Source: Lama guanicoe
Lineage: Eukaryota
Assembly (NCBI GenBank): GCA_013239625.1
Contig: MU054187.1
Coordinates: 11,181,231 to 11,245,230 of the forward strand
Reading direction: 5' to 3'
DNA: 64,000 nucleotides
Part shown: one piece after another, positions 11,771-25,361 of the stretch
How positions within the stretch are numbered: the stretch's first letter is position 1
Layout of the letters: the number at the start of each line of letters is the position of its first letter
Program-made: the position numbers and the translations under genes
Notes under the pieces: generated by a model
What the model saw: only the letters and a program-made list of their open reading frames with translations
Told to the model about the DNA's origin: nothing
Database searches by the model: none

Positions 11771-14700
11771 AAGTAAACAAGAGGCCCATTTCTCTGACCC
11801 ACCCCAGCTCCCGGTCTTCCTCTCAAATCCAGCCTGCTTTCCACTGCAGCTCACAGCTTCTACTCCTAATTCACGCTTCTCCGTCCCCTCCCTCCATCCA
11901 GCAGGGATCACTGAGACATAAGCTGTCATCTCTTCAGAGCTCTTTAAACTTGTTGTCCACCAAAGTTGAATCAAGACCATACTTTTTCAAAGTTGAGCTT
12001 CGTGCCTTCATGAAAAAATGATGAGTAATAGAATTAGGTATAAGAATATCTAGCGTCATTTTAGGGTTCTTGATATTTTTCTTCCTGTCTCAGTCCTGCA
12101 GGATGCAGACAGATGTAGATTATCCACTGCGGTGTAACAGCGGCCACAAGCAAGGAGACTTGAAGAGCTCCCGGACTTCAGAGTGTTACAGCTCAGGGAA
12201 AATTCTAGAATCTTCCGTTTTAATGCCACCACTTTCCTCCCGGCTATTTTGCATAAGAAAATCACTTTTGGTCATTCACTAACAATATTCTGACTGCAAA
12301 GTACTTTTTTAAAGCACGCCTACCAATAACCCACATGGGATGCCTAATAACACGCTTTCCGTCTAGCTCTGCAATCTCACACCCCCACTGGGATGATGCT
12401 TATCATCAACTACATTTTTGCTTCTTGCTGCAAATGCCCTCATGCCTCCTTTCTACCAAGCTAATCTTTATTCATATTTCAAGCCTCAGTTCCTGCCCAG
12501 ATCTCTTCTGTAAAATCTTCTCATCCACACCAGCTCAAGACAGTCTCCTTGTAAATCCGACCACCCTTACCATTTATACCACTTATTTGCTGCCTAAGTC
12601 ACTACCCTCTACTATTTATGTATGTCAGTAGATTTATCTATATCTTCTTGCCCAAATATACTGTCACATCCTAAAGGGCTGATCATCCAAGCCAATGTTT
12701 TTAACCTATTGGTCTTAGTCGCAGTCATCTTTGAGGTGAATGAAATTGGAGAATTCCAAATTTTTGCAGAGTCAAAGAATCCACAAAAATATCAAATGTT
12801 CCCTAAAGACTAAATAGATTGTATACGGCTTACAAATATGCACGTTGATATCTTATGCATATATGGATGATACGATTACCTGTATATGGATGGTATGATA
12901 ATTAAAAACAATTTATTTGATGTATTCTTGAATTTATTTCAGTTATTAGTCATTTTTCAACAAATATATATATACTAAATATAAAGCTGCTATGAAGGAA
13001 TCTTCGAACCCTTTTGACATTAAATTATGACGATCATACCTGAAAAAGTGTGTCATCACCAGTCAACCATTTACACATATAGGCCTTAATAAAATCCTTT
13101 TTCTCTGATTGCTTCGACTTTAACCTAGTTTCTACCACATGATAGGGAACTCTTTCCAAAGCTAAAATGTTTTCACCAGCTTTGGGAATTCCTACAGTGT
13201 CAATCACTTGATGGGTGGGGCCAACTAGTGGTTGAATAAATTACCTACCTAACTTCTCACAGCATGAGGCAAACCCCTTGGAGGCTGCAGGTTAGAAAGT
13301 GGATGTGAATACGGCTGGGAAGAGGGCGTGGGGGCAGGAACAAGGGAGAGAGGGCAACAGGATCTTTCTGTTTGCAACCTTTGTTTCAGCCATCACCACT
13401 TCTTTGAGTTTTCCTGAGTTCCCTTATGATCCATTCTCAGAGAACTGGTGTCTTTAAAAGGTGGAAACTCAGTCACATTTGCAAAATGTCCTTGACAATG
13501 GAGTATTATTGCCAAACAGCTTATTCAGTTTGCCAAAGGCCCATGAACGCTCAATAAATAGCAATGATAACACTGAAAATTATAAAGTTAGCCAAGGAAG
13601 AGTGAACCATGCAAAAGATGCAAAACAGGAAGATGACAAGTGTTTAAATACAGAAAAGCTCCTTGATCCATGTCTTCTCTTCTGCTCTCCTGCTTGTGTT
13701 GGGTGACTCATGCTAAACATGAGTGCCCGTCCAGCTTCCTGCAAGAACGATTTCGCACTTGTTGTAAAGTAGAGATCTTAGCCGTTAGAGATCAGTGTTT
13801 CTCCATTAAAAATTAAAATGTGTGAGGACGATGACTACATTAACTATCCTTGAATTAACAAAACACTTCTGCTGACGTCTTAATTAACTCATTAATTATA
13901 TTTTAATTCTCCATTGTCCCTGATCTACAGCTGTCAGCAACTGAATTTTTCAACCATTGACGTTAATTTCGTATTCCATAACGACGCTGAAAGCACAGTT
14001 TGGAGCACTGGGTACAAATTAGCCAGGATAACAAGCCAGTGTTTTACAGTCACTTCCCCTTCATAAGGATGACTGTAGTGGTTCCAACTTACACGCTTAT
14101 GATAATTACTCCAGCGGGTAATTTCGAAGGTAGACTTCAGTTACACTTAGCATTGATTCTTTTTCCACCTAGTCTTTAATTATGGGAATCCTTCAGTGAA
14201 ATAGTTCCGTCAGAAAGTTTGACTGTAGGTATCTCATTACTTAAAGAAAAAAAAATTTTTTTTGAAAAGTAACATATCTCCCACTTTAAGTGAAACGGCT
14301 GATAACCAAAAAATAATTGAAGGCTACACTGCCAACTGGCTCACAGGGTTAAATCTCTCCTGCCCACCTCCGTGTGTGTGATTCGAGAAGGTCTTGGAGC
14401 CCTCCTTTCAAAAATATCTGTAGAAGTGGCTGGCTGTTCCAATTGCCTGGACCTTATTTCTAAGTCAACACATAAGAACAGTCTGACAAAGAGTTTTTTG
14501 ATTTGCTTGTTTATATATGACAAGACTTGCAAAAGCAATAAAATTAAATTACATTTGGAAGAACGCTGAATGAGTCCTTTTTACTGAAAAGGATAAAACC
14601 TTCCTAATAATTGGACTGAGCTAGAATCAATAGGACATGTGGCTTTTAGATACAATGTTTTACCTTTCTGCCTTCGAGTTTTATTTCTTAGAGCTTTGAA

Positions 14701-14957
14701 GGCATTGAAATCCTGAAGAGGCCCCAATTAAGATGCAGATCCCCCTCAGGAGCATAATACCTTTAGCATTTATCAACAAACACCTTAGTGAAAAACAGCC
14801 CAAGGCAAGTGAGAATGGGTGAGAACTTTTCAGAATGTCAGCGCGAGGAAGTGCCAATGCTATTTCACTGCTTCCCTCTTTTCTCTAGAGCTAAGGAAGT
14901 GAAGTGAAGAAGTCAGAAAGAAAAATAACACCTAATTCTTAAATGTTGCTTTATGAA

Positions 14958-14960
<3 letters not shown>

Positions 14961-14988
<28 letters not shown>
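14961..14988. repeat. (CA)14 microsatellite
   Basis: Direct reading. Confidence 0.97.
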
Positions 14989-14992
<4 letters not shown>

Positions 14993-17900
14993 TAAACATA
15001 TATGCTTTCTGTTAATTGAATAAAAACCTGCTGGCTCTGCATGGTTCCTAACCAGCCTTTACACTCACTTATCCCACCAACACAAATACAAGACAGCTGT
15101 ATCGTAACTGTTGAACTCATTACTTTTCTCAATTATTTTAAGCCCCATCATCTGACGTTGTGGTTTTACGTCTGAAAATGTTCAGACCCAATCAGCAAAT
15201 ATATTCATCCATGAAAGAGTAAAAGAGAAATTCTTAGCAATCAGAGCACATGAACTGGATAAAGAGACTACAACTGCTAAAATGCAAGTTACCGTTAATG
15301 ACTTGTCAGAAAATGCACGGAATAGAAAATCTGCTATATAAAAAGGTAGATTCTCAATAGGTTTGGGACATATAAATCTCCTTCTCTCCCCAATTCTTTG
15401 ACTAAAATAGATGCTTTCTGTTTCCTCTTCGATCGAGAATTCTAAAGGCTAAAAAGCATGTTCCAATATCGATAGTTTCTTCTTTTCGCAAATTTTGTTC
15501 TGCTTCTTAGAAGCTACTAACCTCTGAGGTTCTATATTCCTTAAGTTTTCAGTACTTTGTAGTTTTGGTGATGAGGGCACCCGGTGGGATGGCAGGAGGC
15601 CAGAACTGTGTCATGTCCATTCCTGGAAAATACTTCATGTCTCGTATGGCCCTCATCTGAAAAAGCAAGACAGAGTTGAGAGCTGAAACAATCATCAAAA
15701 CCTCCTCATGTACAGCCCTTTGCCTCGTCAGATGCCCCTGTGACACCTCCCAGGCTGAACCATTTTCCCAATGTTCCAAATGTAACAAACACTGGAGCTA
15801 GGGCTGGACCAGACGTCTCTCGCTTCCTAGGAAAACTCTCATACACTCAGGTTGCTCCCTTTGAAATGTAAAGAATCCTGACTTTGTCAAGTTTCGGAAA
15901 TTTGTTTTTACTTTTGTTGTTGTTGTTGTAGTTGTTTTATTCTACCCACTGAGCTCCCTATGTTCACACATCCACAATGGATTCATCTTGCTATGAACCT
16001 TGTATGGATGCAGATTTAGTTCTCAATGAATCAGAGCTTTAAGGTTTTTGGATCAAGTCCCCTTCCAAATGCCCATCTTTTTTTGGTTCTAACAAACACT
16101 ATGCTCATGACTTCTTGAGTGAATACATAATTTATGAGTCACTTTATTTTATTTTACTGATCTATAAATGAAGTTATATTAATTTTAGTTATTTGGTGAC
16201 TTGACAATTGTCTGCTGGAAGCAAGAAATTTAGGAAGAAAAAATAGATTTCAGAGAGCATACTGTGTAGCTGTCCCATAGTTTTCTCATGGAGGAAAGTA
16301 ATTTTATTATAACAGTATGTCCAAAAGCTGCGGGGGAGACAACTGCATCTTGAGTCTACCTTTTCTAACAGCCCAAGAGAAATCAGGCAGTTAAACAGAC
16401 ACACTCAGTAATCAGTGCTCACTGAGACATCGCTAGCAGAACTGGGTACCAAATCTGCTCCATCATCATTCAGCCACGCATATTGTGTTCTCTGCTTCCT
16501 CCTCCCACCATATTGTCAGCACAAATAGGGTAAGTAGGGAATGCTTGTTAGAGTCTGGGACTATCTAAATACACACACTATAATCACTCAACCTTGGCTC
16601 ATAACCTTTTCCTGGACTGTACCTCGTAAAACATAAGATATGCCAGAAACTTTTTTCTCCTCTCCCTCTCTGCTCCCTCTGAATAGTGTGCCACACCTGC
16701 TGGATTAGACAGTGCTTCAATACTTGGCCCATGAAAGTACTTTTTACCTCAAGATACTCCTCCAAAATTGCTGTATGATTATCAGAAAGATATTTGTGCC
16801 TGGTAAATTTTAAGTGCTTTGGCTTGGCCAGGCATGAACTTGTGATGAGAGCTGTTCATAGAAGCAGGTGTATTAATCCCAGAATCCCGACAGAATGTGT
16901 CTCAGCTGTGATCATTGGCCTGTATGAGCTTCATCTTGGCATCTCCTCGAAGTTTAGTCATTTCACTTTGCTTTCTTCATAGGAGCGTGTGATAAACAAT
17001 GAAAACTGCTAACGCAAATATGATTAATTTTAAGAACTGAGATCATACTTGCATTTACTTTTATCTCCCAAAGTGACAGTCAAGAGTCTGACGTTTGAAC
17101 GAGAAATAAAGCCTTATAGTACCTTTCGAAGTCTTTTAAGAATGATCGATTCTGAACATCAGAAGTCCAATACTAAATCTACTTGGGTGGACTTAGATTT
17201 ATATATTTTTGTAACACACACAAAATTCCATTACACATGGCAATACTAACCCCGGCTCTCCTCTGTACTCTTGGATTAGAATTAGACACTTCATTCTCCT
17301 ACGTCTTTCCGTTAAAGAAATATTTTTTTAAGTTGGTTAAAAACTCTCGGTATGTTCGAAGAGCATGACGACTTGGCCAGAATGCTGCCGCTGAACTGAT
17401 GAATGGGAAGTGCTTATTCACCACCTGTTGGAAAACGTTCGTGTTCGTGTTCAATCCTGTGCCTAATTTAGTGTGTAATTGGAAATGTAGCGCTTGAGAG
17501 GCGGACAGATCTTTTTGAAGGTTTAGCTGTTTATACTGAGCGTATTAATTACACTGAAATAGAGGAAAACACAAAGCTATCAAGGGAACAGAGACTACCT
17601 TCAAAGTAACTGCTCAACAGGACACATACTGGTTACTAAGAGAGAGAAAAGCACGGTGTTGTCTGAGTAAGTGTGAAATGCTCCAGGGCCGCCATATTAT
17701 CACCGTCCCAAATTGTCAGCAGATGTTCCTTCTCTTCAGCGCAAACGGGCACTGGTTTTTAACCACTGTAGAAAAACATATACCACTGGCTTTTAAAGTC
17801 CTTGCATCTCTTTCCTGCCTTATGTTGACATTAAAATTTTTTCCTTCTGGGTTTATTTATAAACACAATTTGAAATACTATAATACACAACAGGCACATT

Positions 17901-18259
17901 GCAACTTTCCCAGTGTTCTTCAATTTTCCACTGAGTCCAAACATTCAACAGGATGGTTCTAAGATCTTTTCTGAATGAAACTTTTTAGTAATGCAATCTA
18001 TTTGCCCAACACCACCACCAAGAGGATTAGGGACCCCTCTTGTCTCTGCTTGAAGAGTTTTGTCCACATCAAGGAGACATCAATACTTAATGTTAAGTCA
18101 CATTTAAGGGCTTAAAATGCAGCCAGTCCAGCTCCAATGTAGTGAGGACAGGAAGGCATCAGGAGGGAGCTGGGAGCAAAGAGGTCTCCCTGGCAGCTAT
18201 TACGTGCTGATGTAAAAGCAGTGAGGGAGACAATGAGATCAGGGAAGGGAGAAAAGTGC

Positions 18260-18800
18260 TCAGGGACACTTTGGTACACACAAAGGAAAGAAAATGGATT
18301 TGCAGATCAGATAGCCAGTCTCTGGGACACACAAAAGAACTTCCAAAAGAGCTCAAGAACCAGACTTCTGGGCTACCCAGTCAGGAAACACTCCCGATTG
18401 TACCTCACAACTGGTACAGTGCAGACATCCTGACAGCCCCTGGGCAGAGAGATGGCAGCCAGAAGCAGAGGGAGTGGCCTTTCCCCATGGCTGCTGACCA
18501 ACTGCCCCAGACCTCTGAAGACCTGGTACAGTGGGACCTGACTTCATTTTTCAGTCTTTACCTCCTTCCATCCACCTGTCGATGTCAAGAGAAATGAATC
18601 TGATTGGTGGACCTTGGTAAGACTGGGAAAGCAACTTCTGGCATTTCCAACTTCACCGAGAGGTGTCAGGTTCTTCTTCAAAACGTAAGGAACTCCCCAA
18701 ACTTGGGGAAAAGCTTCAGACAATGAGTACCATCCCCTCCTCGCCCCCACCTTAAAAGGACAGACGGGCACCACGCCCACTAAGAAGACATAGCACGCCT
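18260..18800. mobile_element. Ancient MaLR LTR remnant (MLT1M/N-like)
   Basis: 'gggctacccagtcaggaaacactccc...aactggtacagtgcagacatc' resembles old MLT1 LTR sequence; boundaries uncertain. Confidence 0.4.
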
Positions 18801-19544
18801 AGAACTGCTGAAACCATTATAGGAGTCTCAGAAGTGTTCTGAATTTTTGGCTAAAGACGAGAGTCTAGTGACATTTGGATCCATCTTACATAGTGAAGAT
18901 ACAATCTCTTTTACAAACTGTTGAAGATCAAGGTGAGAATTGCTGTCAGTGATGTAAAGATGAATCAAAAATGAGAGGTGCTCTGACTGCGTGCAATTGC
19001 CTCCCATGGTTGCTCTATGCGTTTTGAGGCCAAAATGATTAAAGGAACCACACTGTGAGAAAGTAGTCATTTCAGAACAATATAAAGAGTGCTTCAAAAA
19101 TATTTGGGTGTCACATTGATAGTGAATTCTGAAGCACCGCTTGGGGGTCGAGCAAGGGTCAACATCATTCACACAGTGATGCCCACAAATTTTGCTTGAT
19201 GACTGCCATCTGCCCAATTGCCACTTGGAGCAATAGATGCTGTGTGGTTCAAGATGGAGCTTTATGAGCCCAGTGGTGGTCAGTGAGTTGTCCTTTTGAC
19301 TCATAAGATAAATGACTGAAAACAATCAAATTCTCATAAAGGCCTCAAAATGTGGAAGCCAAAACAAAAGTCATCACTTAAGACGTAAAATGAGACAAAT
19401 GTATGAAAATACAAGAGGAAAGAGAGGCTTTACTTAATACATACTTCACAGGTAAGAAAAGTTTCTATGAGTGAGAATAATGATGCTGATAGTTGTATGA
19501 CAGCAAGCACTGTCATCATTTTGCTGTTGTTTGGCTTATTTATG

Positions 19545-19905
19545 AGAGGCAGAATGCACGGTGGTTAAGAACATGGGTTCCTGGTTCTCCCTGTCACTGC
19601 TCTGTAACCGTGAATGATTTGCTTGGCCTCTCTGCATGCCTCAGTTTCTCCACCTGTAAAATGGGGGAGATAACAGAACCTCTCTCGTAGGATTATTATA
19701 TTTGACGGTATTTAACAGTATTTGGCAAATGCCTACTGTAAGCCAGAGACTACTCTAAGTGCTAGGGATACATCTGTGATAAGAACAGGTGAATTATCTC
19801 TGCCCTCAGGGACCTTACATTCCAGTGGTTTCTAGAATTAAGTGAGATAACACACATAGAGTGTTTAAGAATATTCTTTGGTACAAAATGAGAGTTCAAT
19901 AAATA
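19545..19905 (+). mobile_element. MIR split in two (19545-19698 and ~19832-19905) by an L2 tail
   Basis: 'gtggttaagaacatggg...gcctcagtttctccacctgtaaaatggg...taggattatt', resuming at 'gaattaagtgagataacacacatagagtgtttaagaa...ttcaataaata'. Confidence 0.85.
19700..19830 (-). mobile_element. L2 3' end inserted in MIR
   Basis: 'aatgcctactgtaagccagagactactctaagtgctagggataca...ctgccctcagggaccttacattccagtgg'. Confidence 0.8.
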
Positions 19906-21189
19906 CCATCTATTGATATTCTTTAATTAGTGTTGTCTCTTCTTAAACTCTTTATGGTTCATACTAACGTATGAACCAAGAATAATACAGAAAAAATTAT
20001 TGGAACTTTTTTAACCTACTAGGTGATATCTCCTGGGTTTTGTTATTTTATGATAAAATTCACTTCAATCTTAGTATTTCTGAACTGCCCTTTAGTTGCC
20101 ATGAAAATCCAACAATCAAATAGATCTAGAGAAAATGCACATATTGTTAAGTAGTATTCCTCTCTTTTGCCTAGTAAAATTTATCACTGAATAACGCCAG
20201 CCTGAAATTATACCCTGATATACTAATGCAGTGTGCCAAAGGTTTTAGACTACTTTTGACTGCTAAAAAATTCAAATTTTTGAAAGTTATCAAACTTCCA
20301 TGATTATGTCTTCTTAATACCTTTGAAGCCCTTTCACTTTATTCCTAATTGATGTGGATGGGGATATACCACCCAGAAAAGCAGATAACTCAAAGGGCAA
20401 AATTGTTTTTCAGATACAGAGGAGTCATATCTATAAACTACTGGGCTGATGGATTTCAAACACTCTGCAGATGGTAGGGGTAGTTATCCATTGTCTTAAA
20501 TTACATAAATTTTATTAAAGCCACTACCTTCAAAAGATGTCTTGACCTTTCATAAGATTATTTTTTCTTTTTAATGAAACATCTTTCCCTTAATTTATTG
20601 CATCTGAGAGATGCTGTTACTTGTTGGGTATAGATGTAGAGTCGGAAATGAGTAAATGTCTTCCCTTTGGCACGTAACAGTTGGGCATGCCAGTGTCAAA
20701 ATGACTTCGGTGGTTTGGGGGCATTTCAGTCCACTCCGGAGGAAACTCATTTACCTCCTGCCTCCACTTGTGGAATCCCAGGAGTTTGAGATGATTAGGT
20801 AATTAACACTACCTCAATAGGTGGTTTCTAGAGCACTAAGTATATTCTTAAAAATTAGCTTGGCTTCGGAAAATTAATGGGATGAGTCTGTTATGATTAC
20901 CTGAGGAGACATTTTTTAATTGTTCATATCAAGAAAGAATAAGCAATAGGATGCATAGATAGATGCTAAAGAAACTGAAAGGTACTATTAGATATACTTA
21001 CACATTTTTATAGGTTCAAAAGAGGGAGAATTTTAAGGATCAATAGTCAATCTTTGATGATGAATATTAAATTAAAAATTGGTTGCAATAAGAAGAAAAA
21101 GAATTCTGTTTCATTACCCACAACTGCAACCTCAGAGATAAATAAGAAAGACTATTTTCTTATTAAAACTCTGAAAACATCCATTTCTT

Positions 21190-21870
21190 TCTATAATTTT
21201 GGTCACCATCAACTCTCCCCACGTTAAATAGCCTTCCTACTGTCCTCCACGCCCTGTGCATGGTTTTGGCCACCTTGCATCTGCTCTCTACCATAAAGAA
21301 CAAATCAAGTTCTTTCAGTTAATTATTACCATACCACAAACTTGATCACAGCACTCTCTTGCCATGGCTTTCTACTACTTTATAAAGTTCAAGTGCTCTG
21401 CATCTGGTTGCTTAGTTTTTCATCTTCTCTCTTATCCATTGCTTTATCTCCTTTCCCAATGTAGGCTATATGCAATCTTGTGAAACCACCATAGCCTCTT
21501 ACATCCAGACTCTTGTAAATGCCATTCTTTCTCCGTGAAATATCTTTTCCCCTCTTTGCCAAGCTAACTCCTATCCTTCCATCAGGAATCGGCTTAAAAA
21601 AAGAATCTCCTCTAAGAGATCCTCTTACCCATGGCCCACCTCGCCACCCTGAGACTCGATTTAAAGGACTCTTCAATGTGCTAAAACTGCAACATCTAAT
21701 TATCCTTATCACAGTGCTCATTGAAATATATTTTTTTAATTACCTATAAAGTTTTCTTCCTCACTTATTGGACTGTAAGTTCCCAGGTCAGAATCTGAAT
21801 CTTGTTCTCCATTGTTATCACCAGTGAGTAGAACACTGTGACTTCTCGGTACACATTTGTTGAATTAAAG
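21190..21870 (+). mobile_element. L2 3' region
   Basis: 'gctaactcctatccttcc', 'ggactgtaagttccc', terminal 'acatttgttgaatt'. Confidence 0.75.
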
Positions 21871-22017
21871 GTTTGTCAGCTATGCACAAGACATCGGGCT
21901 GGGCCCTGCACGTGCTTGTGAGCGCTGCTGCCCGTGATGAAACAGTGTAGTAATGATGGAGGAGAACTGAATTCAGACTGCAGAGCCTGGAGGATTCCTC
22001 CCAGGATGGGGAGTCCT

Positions 22018-22404
22018 AGGTGTCAATTTGGCTGGGACATAGGGCGCCCAAATATCTGGTTAAGCATTATTCTGGTTCTGTCTCTGCGGGTGTTTCTAGA
22101 AGAGATGAGCATTCGAATTGGTGGACTGAGTCAAGCTGGTGGCCCTCCCTGCTGTGCGTGGGCCTCAGCCAGTCTGTCCAAGGCCTGATTGGACAAGAGA
22201 AGTTACTCTCTCTGCCTGTTTTCAGGCTGGGACATCGGCCGTTCCTGCACTTGGACTAACATGTCCACCAACAGCGCTTCTGGTTCTCAGGCCTTAGGAC
22301 TCAGAGTGGAACTGCATCCCCAGGCCTCCTGGTCCCCAGCTTGCAGACAGCAGATCCTGAGATGTCACAGCCTCCATGGTCACCTGAACTAATTCTTTAT
22401 AATT

Positions 22405-22438
<34 letters not shown>

Positions 22439-22486
22439 CCTCTCTCTCCCTCTCCTATTGGTTTCTGGAAAGCACTGACCAAGACA
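22018..22486 (+). mobile_element. MLT2 (ERVL) solo LTR
   Basis: 'tgtcaatttggctggg...cccaaatatctggttaagcattattctgg...gagatgagcattcgaattggtggactgagt...cagcttgcagacagcagatc...tctcctattggttt'. Confidence 0.9.
22408..22455. repeat. (CT)n microsatellite inside the MLT2 LTR
   Basis: Direct reading; lies at the usual simple-repeat position of MLT2. Confidence 0.95.
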
Positions 22487-22759
22487 CTTGCTCTGCAGAA
22501 GTCCCATTTGTTTCCGACTAGAACCAGGCAGGGTAGTGCTTCTCTCCGCCTGGGCGCTGTAATGACCAAAAGGAGACAAGAATGCTCAATTTCTTCCCCT
22601 CAGTTCGATACGTGACATTCTCAGCAAGTTGTTTTTCCTTCAGATGCTAAACCTGGTGAAATCTTAGATTGCTTTAATGGGAATGAAGGCTGTACTCTGA
22701 GGCCAGACGCGAATTCAGTTAACCAGAAAGCAAATGGACAGCGAGGGCAGGGCCTGACC

Positions 22760-22962
22760 CAGCGACCTCGTTTCCGTAAAGGGCCAGTCAGCACACGTGT
22801 GAGGCTCTGAGGCCTCACTGCCTCTGTCGCTGCTGCTCCACGAGGCCTTTGTGGTGTGAAAGCAGCCATGGACAATCTATAAATAAAGAGGCAAAGCTGT
22901 GCATTTGCAAGAGTAGGTCGCAGGTCAGTTTTTGCATGTGATCCACAGCACACTGAACCCTG
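22760..22962. mobile_element. MER58A-like hAT-Charlie element
   Basis: 'tccgtaaagggccag...ctctgtcgc...gaaagcagccatggacaat...aaccctg'. Confidence 0.8.
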
Positions 22963-22974
22963 GTTTAGGGGTTT

Positions 22975-23180
22975 AGGCAGAGCTTGGACGGTAAAGTCAG
23001 ACGGCCTGAGTTTGAGTTCTGGCTTCACCAATTTTCTGCTCTGTGACCATATTGCAGGTCACTTCAACTCCGTCCATAAATGCCCACCTTTTAGATGCGT
23101 TGAATGAACCGTGTGCCTCCATCGCTTATGGAAGCATCTGAAATATAGTAGGTGCTACAAGAAAATTCGTTATTGTTATT
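22975..23180 (+). mobile_element. MIR
   Basis: 'agtcagacggcctgagtttgagttctggcttcacca...ctgtgacc...gtcacttcaactc'. Confidence 0.75.
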
Positions 23181-23729
23181 CTTCTTTCCAGCTAATTTTC
23201 TTTGGCACTTGAAGGTTCGGGGTTTTGCATACACCACCAATTCCTCCCCGCACCCCAAAAAATCTAAAGTAGCCTGAAATGAAGTTATAGTCAATTTTGT
23301 AGAAGAAACTTTGCAGTGCCAGTGTGGATGCAATCCGGAGCTTGGAAACATGTTCCCGCAAATATTCTTCAGCAATCTCTCTCTCAGCAATGTATCCTCG
23401 TTGGCAACAAAGAACTTCTTGTTGCAGTGAAGGCTGAGAAATTGTCTGGAGGGAAAAACAATTCAGATAAGACTCGGGGGAAATGAATGTTAACCCCTTT
23501 AGTGGTTCAGCTTTCTTATAATGCTTCTCAAGGTTTTGACATTTCCTTTCCCTCAGTGACCTGATTTTGTCTTTTCCTAATTCAGAATCTTCCAGCTGTT
23601 TCAACTGATAGGAAATAAACCAGGAAAAACATTTATTTTTCCTGAAGTTCAGTCATAAATATTTCACCCTAAATTATCTTTTCTTTTCACCACTTGGATC
23701 ATTTTACACTCATCCTGAAAAAAACCTAA

Positions 23730-24200
23730 TGTAGCTTTTAATTCTCCTTTACCCATCATGACTAAGTGCTTCATCGTGGAGTTCAGAGCTCCGTGCTAGT
23801 TTCTCGAGACCCTCCCATGTGATCCCTCACTCCCCCACCTGCCCAGTCCCCTCCACCCAGATAGGGAGGCACATCAGCCCTTTCATCCGTGCATTCCCAG
23901 GACCTGAGCTATGTCTGGAATGCCTTCTCCCTCCCATCTTGATGGGGTCCCTCCCTTCCATCATTTATGAAGCTTATCAGCTCACACTTGCTTCCCCACC
24001 TTCCCCAAATAACCACAAATGCAGAAGTAGGTCCCTGTCCCCAGCCCCTGCCTTTGCAAGAACAGGAAATTTTCCTACAAAGGTAAGAGTGCCTGTACCA
24101 TGCAACATTCCACACTTCTTTTAAAAAATTGTACTGCTCTAATCTTTGCATGTTGTATGATCTGAATGTCTTTCTTCAAGATAGTGCTCTCCATCATTGA
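23730..24200 (+). mobile_element. L2 fragment
   Basis: 'tctggaatgccttctccc', 'tcagctcacacttgcttcc', 'tgtctttcttcaagatagtg'; diverged. Confidence 0.5.
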
Positions 24201-24331
24201 TTAGTGATTCCAATAAAATAAGTTGGGAATCTTGTGTCCACTGGTGGACAGGTCCTCTAGACTCACAGAGGTACAAGGACAGGAGGCACAGATTCACCAG
24301 GAAGGTCACTGGAAGTGAAAGTCAGTGCCAG

Positions 24332-24899
24332 TGGGTGGTAGGCAAAATGCTCCCCAAAGATGTCCATGTCCTAACCCCTGGAATCTTTGAATATGGTGTT
24401 AACATGGCAAAGAGACTTAGAGGCACCTAAAGTTCTAATTAAAATAGGGACACTACCATGAATTATTTGGGTGGATTTATTCTGTGATTACATGTAACCA
24501 TGTGACCACATGAGCTCCTAAAAAACAGAAAATTGCTCTGGCTTGAGTAAGAGAGACAGAGAAAAGGAGAAGTCAGAGAGATTCAAAGTATGAAAAGGAC
24601 TCAACCAGTCGTTGTGGACGAGAGCTGCTCGGACAGCATGAGAAGGAATGGAGGCAGCCTTAGAGGAGAGACCTGCCCCCAGTTAACAGCCAGCCAAGAG
24701 ACAGGGACATAAGTCCTAGGTCTGGAGAAGTGAATTCTCAAAGAACTGAATTCAGCTGACACTACATGAGTTTGGGAGTGGATTCTCCCCCGGGAGTCCC
24801 CAGAAAGATGTACAGGCCAGCCGATATGTTAATTTTGGATTTGGGATACTCTAAGCAGAGAGCAAGCCTACAGAACTTCAAGATAAAAAATGGGTCTTG
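24332..24899 (+). mobile_element. MLT1D/E-type MaLR LTR, interrupted near its 3' end by L1 (short remainder at ~25374-25400)
   Basis: 'ggtaggcaaaatgctccccaaagatgtccatgtcctaacccctggaatc...acagccagccaagagacagggac...gtggattctcccc'; resumes 'gtttaagtcact' after the L1. Confidence 0.85.
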
Positions 24900-25361
24900 C
24901 ATGGGAGCCACCTAAATGCCCATCGACAGATGACTGGACGAAGAAGATGTGATATCATATACACAATGGAATACTACTCAGCCAGAAAAAGAGTTGAAAA
25001 TGCCATTTGCAGCAACATGGTGGGACCTAATGATTATCATACTAAGTGAAACAAATCAGACAGAGAAAGACATATCACATGATATCACTTATATGTGGAA
25101 TCTAAAATATGACACAAATGAACTTATTTATGAAACAGAAACAGACTCACAGATATAGAAAACAAACTTATGGTTACCAAAGGGGAAAGGGGACGGGGAG
25201 GGGGATGGTGTAAATTAGGAGTTTGGGATTCGCAGGTATACACAGTACTATATATAAAATAAACAACAGGGTCCTACCGTGTAGCACAGTGAACTATATT
25301 CAGTATCTTGCAGTAATGTATAACAGAAAAGAATCTGAAAATAATATATATATCACAAAAT
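24900..25361 (+). mobile_element. 5'-truncated L1 (ORF2 end plus 3' UTR)
   Basis: ORF 24949-25158 contains L1 ORF2 C-terminal 'MPFAATWWDLMIIILSETNQTEKD'; TSD aaatgggtcttg (24888-24899)/aaatggatcttg (25362-25373). Confidence 0.93.

Noticed and set aside
5406..12045. Identical 15-mer gaattaggtataaga at 5406 and 12031
   Set aside because: One or more exact AT-rich 15-mer matches are expected by chance among all position pairs in 64 kb; the flanks do not extend the match
18828..19325. Longest ORF (165 aa, minus strand)
   Set aside because: Non-ATG start, no recognisable domain, random-like composition; such a length can arise by chance in 64 kb over six frames
23176..23604. 142-aa minus-strand ORF starting right after a good splice acceptor
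   Set aside because: No recognisable homology and no convincing donor; runs to the edge of a MIR. A tblastx/PhyloCSF check would be needed to revive it
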